A stretch of 64,000 nt of DNA from Amphiscolops sp. MND2022 (GCA_964187785.1 OZ076409.1:38132001-38196000), one strand, 5' to 3'. Positions 41,079-52,447 are shown, numbered from the stretch's first letter. A program made the numbers and translations. Notes: generated from the letters alone by a model not told the origin.

Positions 41079-42302
41079 CAAGAATGGACAGAAGATCAAG
41101 TATTAGTTTTTTTCTATCATTATTGAGGTTTTATTTATATCGCCTGAAATATTCATATCGCCACTTTTTTCTTTTTTGCCTTGGTTTTGAAGAGCACACT
41201 GTCATAGGTGTTCTGAAACGTTTTGACTTATACTGTAACTTTCACACTTCTGTACCCGAAAATCGCCCGGGTATGATTTCCTAATCACAGTACTGTAATA
41301 CGATAGCTTACCAAACTGCAAATTAGCGTCATCTTCAGCGTGCTCCTTGAGAAGCGGTGATCACATCAGATGAATAGTTGAGTAAACGTGTGAAGACAAA
41401 GTGATCGTGTCGGTTATGAAGTGGGATTTATTTTGAAATTTAATAGGAGCAGCGGAAAATTCAGTGTAATTTTACAAGATTTGCCACCGAACTGAATTTT
41501 CTAGGTTTCATTTGAAAATTACTAGCGTGCAGGCATATAGCATTTAAAAAATTCCAGCAGTCGCGGTTAGGACTGGCAATCCAACTGTTTGAAGACATGA
41601 AACATTTTCCAAGATCCGTGCCAACTTACTGTAGTTGTACCCTTGTCCAGATCTTACCAAGATCTCGCATCTCTAGGTTACCATGATGTTGCAAGACTGT
41701 GCCAACCAATTCATGTTTTACGATAAACGTGTCAAGAGTGTTTCCTCTTCTGTAGTTTAGCACGATCTTGGCATAAGTAAAATTGGCTCAACATCATAGA
41801 CAAAAGCTCCAAATATGAAGTATCGCTCTCTAACTACCCAGATAGGATGACCGAGCATGAATGAGCATGTTGTCAAAAATGAATGTCATGAACCCTTTCA
41901 TGATGCTTTCGGAGAAACTTGAAACAAATAAGTGAGAAACTGACATGCAACGAACTAAGTAATTATTTGGCTTGCCTTTAATGATGATTGGACAGTGCGT
42001 ATATGGTTTTTGCCGGTGTACCAGCTAAAGTAAATTGCCCATCTACATGATTATGAAATATACTTCAGAAATATATGAAGTTAGCATTTCAATAGTTTAA
42101 TATTCGACAAAAAATATGTTTTCTCATCAGAACTTATTTTGATTCGATGAAAGTATTTGATATGTCAGGGCCGTTGTGTATGTATGCAGAGATCCTTAAA
42201 AACAATGAACAAACACATTTTTGCATTTTACGTAATATCAACACCCTTTATGAGGGAGAAAGGAGAATTTACAAATATACAAATTAATTTATTTTGTTGC
42301 AG

Positions 42303-42525
42303 GTGTTTTCCGTCGTTCGTGTCGGGGTTGGCCATCACTGCGACCCTTGTGACCCCCGTTCTATTCGCACTGCTGCCCTCGTTCGTTTGGAGTCAGCGAG
42401 TGACATGCAACGAATTGTGTACCTCCATGTATCTTACCATGTGCTGTAAGATGGTCGTGCTTGCAGTCGGCTGTTGGGCCCTCCATCTGAGAAGACCCCG
42501 GGCTAACCTACCCTCAAACAGCATA
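42303..42525 (+). CDS. vangl: Van Gogh-like/Strabismus planar cell polarity protein, internal exon (TM1-TM2)
   Basis: Acceptor TTGTTGCAG, donor GTTAGC. Translates to CFPSFVSGLAITATLVTPVLFALLPSFVW...CNELCTSMYLTMCCKMVVLAVGCWALHLRRPRANLP, matching the Vangl pattern P.AF..LP..LW...C...CEG......FKLLIL..G.WALF.R...A..P. Confidence 0.88.
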
Positions 42526-42832
42526 GTTAGCATATGAAATGCATAAATCATATCTGAACTGTCAGCGTCAATAGGTGTCGCTTTCCATATGGAACAGTTT
42601 GAATTGTTCAATTCCATTCGGTTCCATTTATGGAATCATCCAACCTATGTAGTTATTCCAAGCGGCCTCGGTATAGTCAGCAAAAATGATCCGCAACCTT
42701 TTAAATGTTATTGAACACCAAAATTATTCCTCGGTCATTAAAACAAGACTTTTTGAGGTCAGATCGAGGAAAAGGTTATCAGTTCAAACACCTGTCAATG
42801 CTTTTCACTTCATTGTTGTGCTTTTTTTTCAG

Positions 42833-42921
42833 GCACGAACCTTCATTCTCATTCTGCTTGGTGCAATCTTGGCAAGTTTCTGGGGGTTCTACGCGTTTCG
42901 GCTAATCGCACCGGACGAAAC
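42833..42921 (+). CDS. vangl: Vangl exon (TM3)
   Basis: Acceptor TTTTTTCAG, donor GTTAGT. Translates to ARTFILILLGAILASFWGFYAFRLIAPDE, similar to Vangl SYWLFYGVRIL. Phase 0 in, phase 2 out, compatible with both neighbours. Confidence 0.88.
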
Positions 42922-43434
42922 GTTAGTTTTCGAACTTAAACTACTGAGTAAATACTACTTGAACTGAGTAAATACTTTGTCATTTCTTTTGGTAGCAACT
43001 CAGAAGGGGATCAATTTAGGAAACATCAAAAGTCTGTAGGCAGAATCGTACAGGAAAGCGTGCAAATTCATGAAAAATTCGTTCAAATTCAAGAAAAAGG
43101 CAATGATCATCTTGCAAAATATTCTTTTTCATCACACTAGGGTACTCTTTTTACACTACAGAAACGTTCAAAATATCGCAAGTCCATTGCTTAAAATTGC
43201 AAATTTCAAATTCAAATATCTTGAAATCTGCCAGAAATTCGAAAGGATTTCAGGTAGGAAAATTTCTTAAAATTTTTTGTAGTTTTCTAAAACACTTGTT
43301 TAAATTTTCTGCGATAAAAACTAAAAAAGTTAGAAATTGTGAATTTTGACAAAATTTTATCAAATTTGCACTTTTTCTCAATTTTTACAATGTTTAAAAA
43401 ATGTTTTATGTACTGTTTTCACGTTTCCGTGCAG

Positions 43435-43555
43435 AGTGAAGTACGACACAGCTCTAAATATCAGCAACACAGTGACAGACACTCTGCTCTTCTTCCACTA
43501 CCTCGCCTTCATCCTGCTAGAAGTGTGCCACCTGAGGACCAACTTCATCATCAAA
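43435..43555 (+). CDS. vangl: Vangl exon (TM4)
   Basis: Acceptor GTGCAG, donor GTAACT. Translates to VKYDTALNISNTVTDTLLFFHYLAFILLEVCHLRTNFIIK, similar to Vangl VDALLFIHYLA.VLLE.R.L. Confidence 0.92.
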
Positions 43556-44017
43556 GTAACTATAGTTAAAACTCACCCTATCACACTAATTGGTCGTTGT
43601 TCACACATCAATGACACCCTTTGGGTATGGTCGCGTGAATCGAAATATTTCACGTGCATCTTTATAGATTAAAACATTGCCCCTGGAAATATCTAAGGTC
43701 ATTCAGGAATTGCTCAAACTTTAAGTCCCCTTGAATTGAGAAAAAAATAATTCAATTCTGCAATTTTTTTATTAATTTGAATGCAATAATGTGCCGTTTA
43801 TGATGGATGCTCTATAACCCGAAATAAAGCTAGGTCTATTAATAGACCAGACAATTGTACTGGAAAAAGTTTTCAAAGCCAAATTCAACCAGAATGAACA
43901 TTTATCAAACCCCAACTATAAACTTCAAAAACTGTTGAAGGTTTCTATAACTCAGTAGAAAGTAATTACTAGTCTGTGAGTTATTTTACCTGTGATTAGA
44001 ATTAAAATTGGTTGCAG

Positions 44018-44146
44018 GTGGTCCGCAACACAGATGGGGAGAGTAAATTCTACAGTGTGGGAAGACTCAGCATTCAAAATAGTGCAATCTGGATTTTGCA
44101 GAACTACTACCGCGATTTCCCAATTTACAATCCTTACCTTTTGAAG
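44018..44146 (+). CDS. vangl: Vangl exon (start of the cytoplasmic C-terminal domain); not in the ORF track
   Basis: Acceptor TTGCAG, donor GTTTTA. Translated by hand to [43 protein letters not shown], similar to Vangl VVRS.DGESRFY..G.LSIQRAA...LE.YY.DF..YNP.L. Confidence 0.95.
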
Positions 44147-44979
44147 GTTTTATTTCATTTTTAGTACTCACACTTTATACGTTTATTCACTGATTTATAA
44201 TTTTTTTCGTTCCCATTTCTATTTGAATGACCTCTCTGATCGGATGGATAGTTAACCTTCACAATTTCTCCGAGTAAAAATAATGCCGAGAAACTATTGA
44301 CGTGCTCGTTGTATTATAAGTCTGAAAATATGAAAGTTTTATTTGTTTTTTAACATTTTTAGACATTCCAAAGCTTGATTTTTTGTTTTACTTCCATTTC
44401 TTTTGAAGGGATAAAACAATTGAATGCAAATAATATTACATTGTGTATAATATATATCTATATACTATATATTACATAGGCACAAAATATAGTCTTGGTA
44501 AATATAATTTTTAGTACGAAGCGACGTTGTATTGCGGTATTTAGGTCTACTGGTACATTACATCTATTTGGTGAGAAAAACATGTCCCCGAATAATTTTG
44601 AAATCCTTGTCAATGTCTTGTCTTTTTACATGTTCACTTTTGAAACTCTTGATAGTTTTTTGTCTAATCTTGCTCCACACAAACAAAATTTTGGCAAGAG
44701 TCTATTCGAGAGTCTCGAGAAAATCAACAACTATCAGAACAAACGTAATTTTGAAGTACAATCACCTTACTGCTGCTTACACTGCCTGGTACGCCGCTAT
44801 CATTCTTGGGAAACTGATAATAGAATAACTCACTAATGAAACTCATGATGTGATAGATTGGGGGTAGCAGGAAATACAGCAGCGTATTCAAGTGCGCGGG
44901 ATCAAGATACGGTTAGCATCAGTTTTTTTCTCATTCATTGTTAGCTTTTCTCTTCGACTGAATGGAAGCCCAGTACAAA

Positions 44980-45870
44980 AACTCTTGGATTTCTTACCAA
45001 GAGCTTGGATTTTCCCACAAAATCCTGCTACCTCTTGAATTTTTTTATAAGATCTTGGAAAGTCTTACTTCTTCCAAAAAATCTTGAATTTCTTGACAAG
45101 AATCTTGCCAAGATTCTTATCAAGAAATCCGGGAGGTGAAAAATTCGATTAGTTCAAAATTTAGTGCGATTTCACAAATTGTTGAATTAGGCCTGTTTAC
45201 AGTAATTTTGGGCCATGTTATGGAAAAATTATGAAAAAATCAATAAAATTTACCCTTTTGTCAGCAAATTTACGGCCAATTTCGGAGACCAATTGTGAGA
45301 GAGCAGAATTCAATGATTTTCCAACTTCATCTGCATTTTTTTGGATCTTTCATGTTCAATTTTAGGTCTGAAACATGTATTTTTTAAGATCCTTGATACA
45401 TACCAATTGGATCCTGTTTTCAACTCCTTTAGATCATTATTTTGCTTAATTTAGGTCTTAATTTGCAATTATGAGAGCAGAAGTCAATGATTTCCCAACT
45501 TCATCTGCATCTTTTTGGATCTTTCATGATCAATTTTGTATCTGAAACATGTATTTTTAGATCCTTAATACATATCGATTGGATCTTGTTTTCAATCTTT
45601 TTGGGCCATTATTTTAGCTCATTTGCCGAGACTTCTGAAGGTTTTATGATGACTGAGTTTATAAACGGGAATCTTGAATCCTCTTGCATTTTCTTGCCTA
45701 TTCTTGGTTTCTCTTGAATATCTTGTTAAGAATCTTGGGATTTCTTGAATTTCTTGGCACGATCTTGCAAGATCTTGCAAATTCTTGGATTTTTTGGTGA
45801 GAATCTTGGCAAGATTCTTACCAAGAAATCCAAGAATATCCAAGATTCTTATCAAGAGTTCCGAGAGTTT
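44980..45870. repeat. Low-complexity ATCTTG/CAAGA repeat blocks flanking an approximately 175-bp tandem duplication
   Basis: Repeated TCTTG/CAAGA words at about 44980-45130 and 45670-45860. GAGAGCAGAA(T/G)TCAATGATTT..CAACTTCATCTGCAT occurs at about 45299 and 45473. Confidence 0.6.
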
Positions 45871-46935
45871 TTACAATGGGAGTACAATCTCTTGCAAGAT
45901 GTACATATTCGATTCATTTTCGAAGAAAATCTAGCCAATAATCAGTAGTCTAACTACAGAGATTCAAAAACGTGATCAAAATTACCGATTTTTTTGTGTT
46001 GGTGACACCTCGCAGCCATGTCAGTATGACAAAGAAAATAAAAAGAAAAATATCTCCATGAATCTCAATAATTCAAGCATATATGCTTCCAACTAGGCAA
46101 TAAAAATCATTTCATTTGAAACACACGATGAAAACATGCATGCAAACATTTCTGAAAAGTTTTTCTGAGAGTAGAGCCAAATTTGTTTGGAGCAGTGGAG
46201 GAAAGAGCAAAGTCTAAAGTTGATATTTAAAGCTCCTGTAAAAGCTATACAAATATTGTCAGCCTCACTGTGAGAGAGTGACCTTGACTCTTGAACTTAA
46301 TTGAAAAGAAGTTAAAAGAACTATTAAATTGCGACGGGAACACGTTGAGGAAATGAACATTCATCTTACGAAACTTTCAAACTTCGAGTTTGGTTAGAAG
46401 AGATGAAACCAATGTTCGTCGTTTCCAACGCGCACTTCTGTATAGAAAAAAACACCAAAAAAAGTTCTTTGTCCGGATTCTGTCTCAAATCCAAATCTCA
46501 TTACATTGTAAGCATTAGCCTAAAAATATATTGTTAATATGGATCAATTTGATAAAAAAGACAAAAAAAAGTTTTGATATTGACTAAATCCGAACAACCA
46601 CTTTACACTTTGCCAGATATAATATGATTCGGATGAAGAGCAATGGTTTTGGTATAGAAGAAAAAGACAGTTTTCCCCAATTCCAAAATATGGACACCGA
46701 ATGAACAGTTGTCTTGTTTTTTAAGTCGGCGCCATTCTTTAAGTCTCCCCATAGCAAGCTAAGGTACCATATTTGTAGCAAAGTCGTCAAGCAATGGTCG
46801 GCTTGAAGCCGTGGTTTCAAAATGTAACCATGTATCAAAAGGTCTGATTGATGCCCATCGTTGGTCTTTTTATTTTAGCTTTTCTCTAGTATTGGTATGT
46901 TTCAAATTGAATTTAAACAAGACGGGAACGTCTGA

Positions 46936-47460
46936 AGTCGGCGCTATATCTAAGGCTTAAAAAGCGCAAAGTTTTCAAAACTGTAAAAGAGGAGACCCTT
47001 CGGACTTTTTGAAAATCCAGTTTGTTGCAAAATATCAAAAAAATTTAGGGAGACCCTTTGGAGACAAAAAAATTCTCGAAAAAAAAAACGAAAAATGAGA
47101 ATTTTGAACAGTCTCATAGTGCCGAAATATTTAAAAGGGGAGACGTAAAAGTTTGCTGCAAAATATCAAAAAAAACTTGAATGTGGGACCCTCTGAAGGC
47201 GAAAAAAATCGAAGAAATAGTCGCACAGTGCCGAAAAAAATTGAAAGAGGGCAGCTTTCCGTCTCGTCCGCTTTCGCAAATGCTCGAAAAAGTTTCTGGC
47301 TAAAGTAAGTACTCGAACCCGTGACCGCTGGGTTCACCGTAAACCGAGTAAAGTCTGTACTAAAAAGTGGTACATACACGATGAGGTATGTGGTCTGACG
47401 AAAAAAAAACTAGCCACTGTAATAGTCGGGCTCTTTTCACTAGAAAAGCGCCGACTAAAA
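46936..47460. repeat. Interspersed repeat with short inverted ends AGTCGGCGC...GCGCCGACT and a terminal hairpin (Helentron/HINE- or MITE-like)
   Basis: AGTCGGCGC at 46936 and hairpin AGTCGGGCTCTTTTCACTAGAAAAGCGCCGACT at 47424-47456. Related ends occur near 60505, 62056 and 63985. The class assignment is tentative. Confidence 0.5.
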
Positions 47461-47760
47461 ACAAGTGTGGCCCTGAGTGTAATATGGTTCCCCATACTTT
47501 GGTTCCCAAATCTCGCACTGTAATCTATATGCAAAATGGCGGAGTTGGCTGAAGAATTACTATTATAAGTAAGAAGGTCAGTAATGTGGGTTAGAAACTT
47601 TGATAAAGAATGGGGCGGGAACTAAGATCTTTCATTTTTTGAACAAACTAAAAAAATACGTTTATCTTTTCTGTTATATATTAATTTTGAGGATATTATT
47701 GGTCAATCAATCATTCACATTATCGAACTAGTTTCAAAGTTCAACCGTCATTAAGTGTAC

Positions 47761-48306
47761 TGTTTTGGGGGTAGCTATCAAGCTAATACGGAGAAACTCA
47801 AAGATAGAGTTCAAACTAGATAGATTGAGGGAACTCAAAGATAGAGTTCAAGCTAAAGATTGAGGTCTTGTTCTCAAACAAGAAGACTAAGATTGATAAC
47901 GTTTATTGACGATTTCTTATCACGGTAACGATATGAATATGAATGAATGAGTTTAGAGACAATAGTGGGGAACTGGTTGTTAGCAGGTTGTTAACCAGCA
48001 AATTAGGCATCTAAAGCCAAAGGGGCAACAAAAAGGTCTCAACTGGTTGTTTACATGTATGTAAAGACAACGTTTACAATAGTGAGCAATGGGTGGTAGA
48101 TATTGTACATCAAATGATCAATGTAATTGCTGTCAAGCAAAGTGATTGATCAAATTAAGGGTGAAAGAATAAATAGACAAAGAAACTAAAAAAGAGCACT
48201 GTCGCAGATTCGAACTCGCGCAGACCGGTTCGAAGGCAAAGACTGATCCACTGTGCTAAGTGGACTAATAATTACTGCGCGATCATTGTGATGTCATGCG
48301 CCAACA
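47761..48306 (-). repeat. 3' LTR of the BEL/Pao element
   Basis: Direct repeat of 51011-51556 with TG...CA ends; purine-rich GGCCGGTGGGA adjacent on the minus strand. Confidence 0.95.
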
Positions 48307-48718
48307 TCCCACCGGCCATGAAGTATCAGCTTCATTGAGTATATGGTTAGCACTCGTGCTAATACAGTTTGAAGGAATATGCTACCACTCGATAATAATA
48401 CAAGTAGTAATAGTAAATGTCATGAATTTGAGTTTAAAGAAGACAAAATAAAATTTGTGTTTTGGGGATTCGAACTCCAGACCTTCTGATGAGGGAATAT
48501 TGAAATCACCACTGCACCATCATCGTCCGTAAAGGGATTGGGTATACTTCGGGTAATTGAGTTGGGTGTGTGCAGCTGCAGAAAAATTTAAAATATTGGC
48601 AGGCTTCTTTGTTCTTCTCTTTACACACTAAACCTCCTCCTTCGCCCGCCCCCTTCATCCCCCCGTGAGGAAGGAATCCAGATCTGAGCAAAGTTCCCTT
48701 AGGACATTGGGAACCTAC

Positions 48719-49930
48719 TCACCAGAGGTGAGGTAGGAGTGTGGGCGTGAGGTAAGCGTTACCATCGTCTTGTAAGCGAGGTCCAAGCAGTAAGCAATCG
48801 TTGAGAGAATAGCCATTTGGGGACTTGCTGCTAGCATCGAAGACGACACGAAGCTTTGTTGTTGTACTATCTTTGAACACACAGTGATGGGGTAAGTAGT
48901 AACACAACCCTGAAGTCTGACGAGCTTCTTCCAAGTGACCCATGTCTAGAAATTCCTTGATGAAGTCACGATACTGCTGCTTCACATCACCGTGATCCTT
49001 GAGCTTTCGTTCCAAAGCGAACAATCTCTGCTTGGCTGTTTGAAAGTTGTTCGAGGGACGTGCCTCAGACTTGAAAGGAAGATGAACTGTGATGCGGCCG
49101 TCATCTGCCACATAGGTCGTCGTATCGTAATGTTCCGCACATTGACGATTTTCTTTGGACATCGGCTTCACTCGAGGAATCTCTTCATTTTCCCAGAACC
49201 GAGCAAGATCCAGTTCCACTGCAACATGGAATGATTGACATTGGTGGGCACGCACTTGGGACAACACTCCAGTGACCACCCAGCCGAAGATAGACTTGCA
49301 ATAGTGAAGCCCATAAGCCTTCCTCCTTTCGTCCAGAAAGAGATCCTCGCACACATCCGCGCCCAACAACAATTGAACGGGGCCAGGTTGATGGAAGTTT
49401 TCGTCAGCTAATGCTACACTTTTCATTGATTTCAATTGTTTCAAATTAATGAATTGAGAGGGTATATTACCTGCAATTGAGTTCAGCACTAGTGCTGTTA
49501 CTGGCAATTTTTGAGGACCAATCACGAGATTGACTGACTCCTTTGCTGCTTGTTGCCGTCCACCAATCCCTGAGATCTTCACATCAACTGTTGAACGGGC
49601 GATGTTGAGCTTCGATGCTGCATCTGCTGTGATGAAGGATGTTTGAGAACCTGAGTCCAGCAAGGCACGAAACATCATTGTCTTTCCCGCTGCATCATCA
49701 ATGCCAACCATTGCTGTTGACAGAAGCACAGAAGGACCGATGAATGTTGCACCACTTGTCACGCCACTTTGCTGCTCGACTGAACGATCGAAGTGTAGTG
49801 ATGTATGATGTCTTCCGTTGCAAGTGCGGCAGCTGAATTTCGATGGACAATCAGCCACGAAGTGCCGCCCCAGACAATTCATGCACAGTTTGAGCTTCCT
49901 CACCACTGCCTTTCTCTCACGTGTGCCCAA
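48719..49930 (-). pseudogene. BEL/Pao zinc knuckles, aspartic protease and truncated RT N-terminus
   Basis: CMNCLGRHFVADC..KFSCRTCNGRHHTSLH, ALLDSGSQTSFI and YYLPHHCVFK..TTTKLRVVFDAS...SLNDCLLLGPRLQ, then an abrupt end. No RT catalytic core, RNase H or integrase. Confidence 0.92.
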
Positions 49931-49943
49931 CTGCTTGTAGCGA

Positions 49944-50996
49944 TCACACTGAGAAATTGAGTGAGACCCTTTGCATTTTTTTCATCTGACAGCTTGTTGA
50001 GTGCTCAACAGTTGAGGAGTATGCTTCTTGAAGCACCTTCTTAGGCGTCGTCTTGGGGACAGAAGCCTCATGCTGGTCGCCTCTTGATTCCAATGCACGG
50101 CTTCGTCTATCCATGAATGTAGTTAACTCCTTGAATGTTAACACATCTGTGCCAGGATGAGCCAATTCAAATTGCTTCCTCGACTCAGCATCAAGTTTCT
50201 CCAGCAGCCAATACACAAGTATTGCATCCCATTGATCGACAGGAAGCCCTAACGCTTCTAGTGCTTGCACATGTTCATTGTTCGACTCCAGTAACTTGCG
50301 CAGCTCGACATTTGACTCCTTCTTGATGGCTGGTAGGTCATGAATTGGCGCCAAGTGCGCCTTCACGATTGATCGCTTGTTGTTGTAGCGCTCCTCTAAC
50401 TTACGCTTGGCGATGTCGTAATTGGTATCAGTGACCAACAAAGATGAAACTATCTGAGCTGCATCACCCTTCAGTGCCAGCTTGAGGTAAGATAGCTTCT
50501 CAACATTGGTCATGTCACGTTTGCTGTCAACCAAGGTTGTATATTGGTCCCAGAAAGAGACCCACTGTGTGTATTCACCGCTGAATGAAGGAAGGGTCAG
50601 CTTGGGGAGCTTGGTCGTCAGACTGCCACTTGATGGAGCCGCCGCGCCGCCTATGCTTGGAGGCTGCATCTCTTTTATCTTGCCCTGACACCACTTCACA
50701 GCCCTTTCGGCTGCCATGAACACGTCAGCCGCTTCCTCCACATCGGCTACTAGTTCATCGTCGTCATCAATGAGTTGTTGGATCTGCGAGTCCAACTCTG
50801 TCAGCATCTTGCGACGATCAATCAGGAACTCCAATGTGGCTTGAACATCCTCGAGCGGTCCACCAGCTTGCCGGATTGCTGCTGCCCGTCTTGTGAAGAC
50901 GCCGCGATGAGCCCCTCTTGATCGTTTGAGCTGAGGCAACTTCATCTCACCACCAGAGCCGTCTGGACCTCCTGATCCATCTGCTGTTGACATCAC
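49944..50996 (-). pseudogene. BEL/Pao gag (DUF1759-type), frameshifted before the zinc knuckles
   Basis: Motifs KLPKLTLPSFSGEYTQWVSFWDQY, EKLSYLK.ALKGDA and NYDIA...LEERY are typical of BEL/Pao Gag. Confidence 0.9.
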
Positions 50997-51009
50997 GTCG
51001 AGGTCACCA
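50992..51009 (-). promoter_or_regulatory. Primer-binding site complementary to the tRNA-Trp 3' end
   Basis: The minus strand reads TGGTGACCTCGACGTGAT. The eukaryotic tRNA-Trp 3' end is ...ATCACGTCGGGGTCACCA (one difference, recalled from memory). Confidence 0.8.
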
Positions 51010-51010
51010 A

Positions 51011-51556
51011 TGTTTTGGGGGTAGCTCTCAAGCTAATACGGAGAAACTCAAAGATAGAGTTCAAACTAGATAGATTGAGGGAACTCAAAGATAGAGTTCA
51101 AGCTAAAGATTGAGGTCTTGTTCTCAAACAAGAAGACTAAGATTGATAACGTTTATTGACGATTTCTTATCACGGTAACGGTATGAATATGAATGAATGA
51201 GTTTAGAGACAATAGTGGGGAACTGGTTGTTAGCAGGTTGTTAACCAGCAAATTAGGCATTTAAAGCCAAAGGGGCAACAAAAAGGTCTCAACTGTTTGT
51301 TTACATGTATGTAAAGACAACGTTTACAACAGTGAGCAATGGGTGGTAAATATTGTACATCAAATGAGCAATGTAATTGCTGTCAAGCAAAGTGATTGAT
51401 CAAATTAAGGGTGAAAGAATAAATAGACAAAGAAACTAAAAAAGAGCACTGTCGCAGATTCGAACTCGCGCAGACCGGTTCGAAGGTAAAGACTGATCCA
51501 CTGTGCTAAGTGGACTAATAATTACTGCGCGATCATTGTGATGTCATGCTCCAACA
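51011..51556 (-). repeat. 5' LTR of the BEL/Pao element
   Basis: Direct repeat of 47761-48306; followed on the minus strand by the primer-binding site and gag. Confidence 0.95.
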
Positions 51557-52353
51557 TGTACTTTGTTATCTTGAGAAGCTCTTTAATGCCTGAGATTGTC
51601 TGATAATGGATTGTAAATCCTTGAAGGATCAATATTATCAAAAAATTGTCTCCAAACAAGCGTAATTTGAATCAGCTATATGAACTGAATTTGTAAAAAC
51701 GTTTGGTTCGCTGGCCTATATCTTGTACTTGAGCTATCTCATTTCAATTTGAGAAGGACATTGGTTGACGAAAAAAAATCTGCATAATGATTAGTGGAAT
51801 TAAAATGTTTGATAAATGTCTCTTCAAAACAGGAATGCTGGAAAATGAAAGAACATCACAAAAAGTGATAACTTCCTAGTAATCAGGAAAAATTGCTATC
51901 GTGAAAGTACTTTGCATTTTCTACCATGTTTTGTAACACCTTTTGTTACGAAGATTCCAATGTAAAGGATATGGATAATAAAAGGATGTCGCACTCATAG
52001 AATGAAATCGAATGAAGCCATATGAACATGGACCTGTTCAATTGTATGTCTACATCGGTTTGTTAAAAGATTACACATGTGGTCACATGATATTCCATGC
52101 TTGCAAATGTTGCAAAACTATTGTATGGAACCATGTGGTTCCATACATGAAATCGCATGGAAGTGGATGGTGCATTGGTCCAAAAAAGGCAAAAAGCCCA
52201 CCCCACAAGCCGCCGCACCAATATGTCGACATCGTTTGCGATAAAAATTCGGTCCAACAAAATAATTGAAGTCAACATAATCTCATGTTTTGCATTAATT
52301 GACACCTAAAAGTTACTAATTTTATTTTGGTGTGGAGAAAAACGCAAAAATAA

Positions 52354-52447
52354 GAAACAAGGTGTACCTGGGGGAAACAAGAAACATAGTCCCAAAACTA
52401 TAGTTTTGGGACTATGTTTCTTATTTCCCCCAGGTACACCTTGTTTC
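52354..52447. repeat. 94-bp near-perfect palindrome
   Basis: 47-bp arms centred on ACTA|TAGT (52400/52401), one mismatch. Confidence 0.9.

Larger units (their letters stand above)
47761..51556 (-). mobile_element. BEL/Pao LTR retrotransposon, internally deleted (non-autonomous)
   Basis: Two 546-bp direct repeats TGT...ACA at 47761-48306 and 51011-51556, with about 9 mismatches by eye. 5-bp target-site duplication TGTAC on both sides. Gag, protease and partial RT on the minus strand. Confidence 0.95.

Noticed and set aside
287..41126. Many recurring 60-200 aa ORFs in the array (MPFFRKCTRLKASP..., MVLLGVNSARGRPLGEY..., MKAVEMQAVLLK...)
   Set aside because: They overlap on both strands, change frame between copies at homopolymer runs and have no recognisable domain. 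They recur only because the DNA is repeated.
41861..41931. Possible first vangl exon MSMLSKMNVMNPFMMLSEKLETN with a GTGAG donor
   Set aside because: Phase-compatible, but it has no similarity to Vangl N-termini. Mentioned only as an alternative donor and not annotated.
44850..44915. Possible small extra vangl exon ending at GTTAG
   Set aside because: The candidate acceptors give lengths that break the phase-0 join between the 44146 donor and the 60167 acceptor, and there is no Vangl similarity.
48196..48260. Functional tRNA gene
   Set aside because: A and B boxes are present but I cannot fold a full cloverleaf, and it lies inside an LTR. Reported only as tRNA-like.
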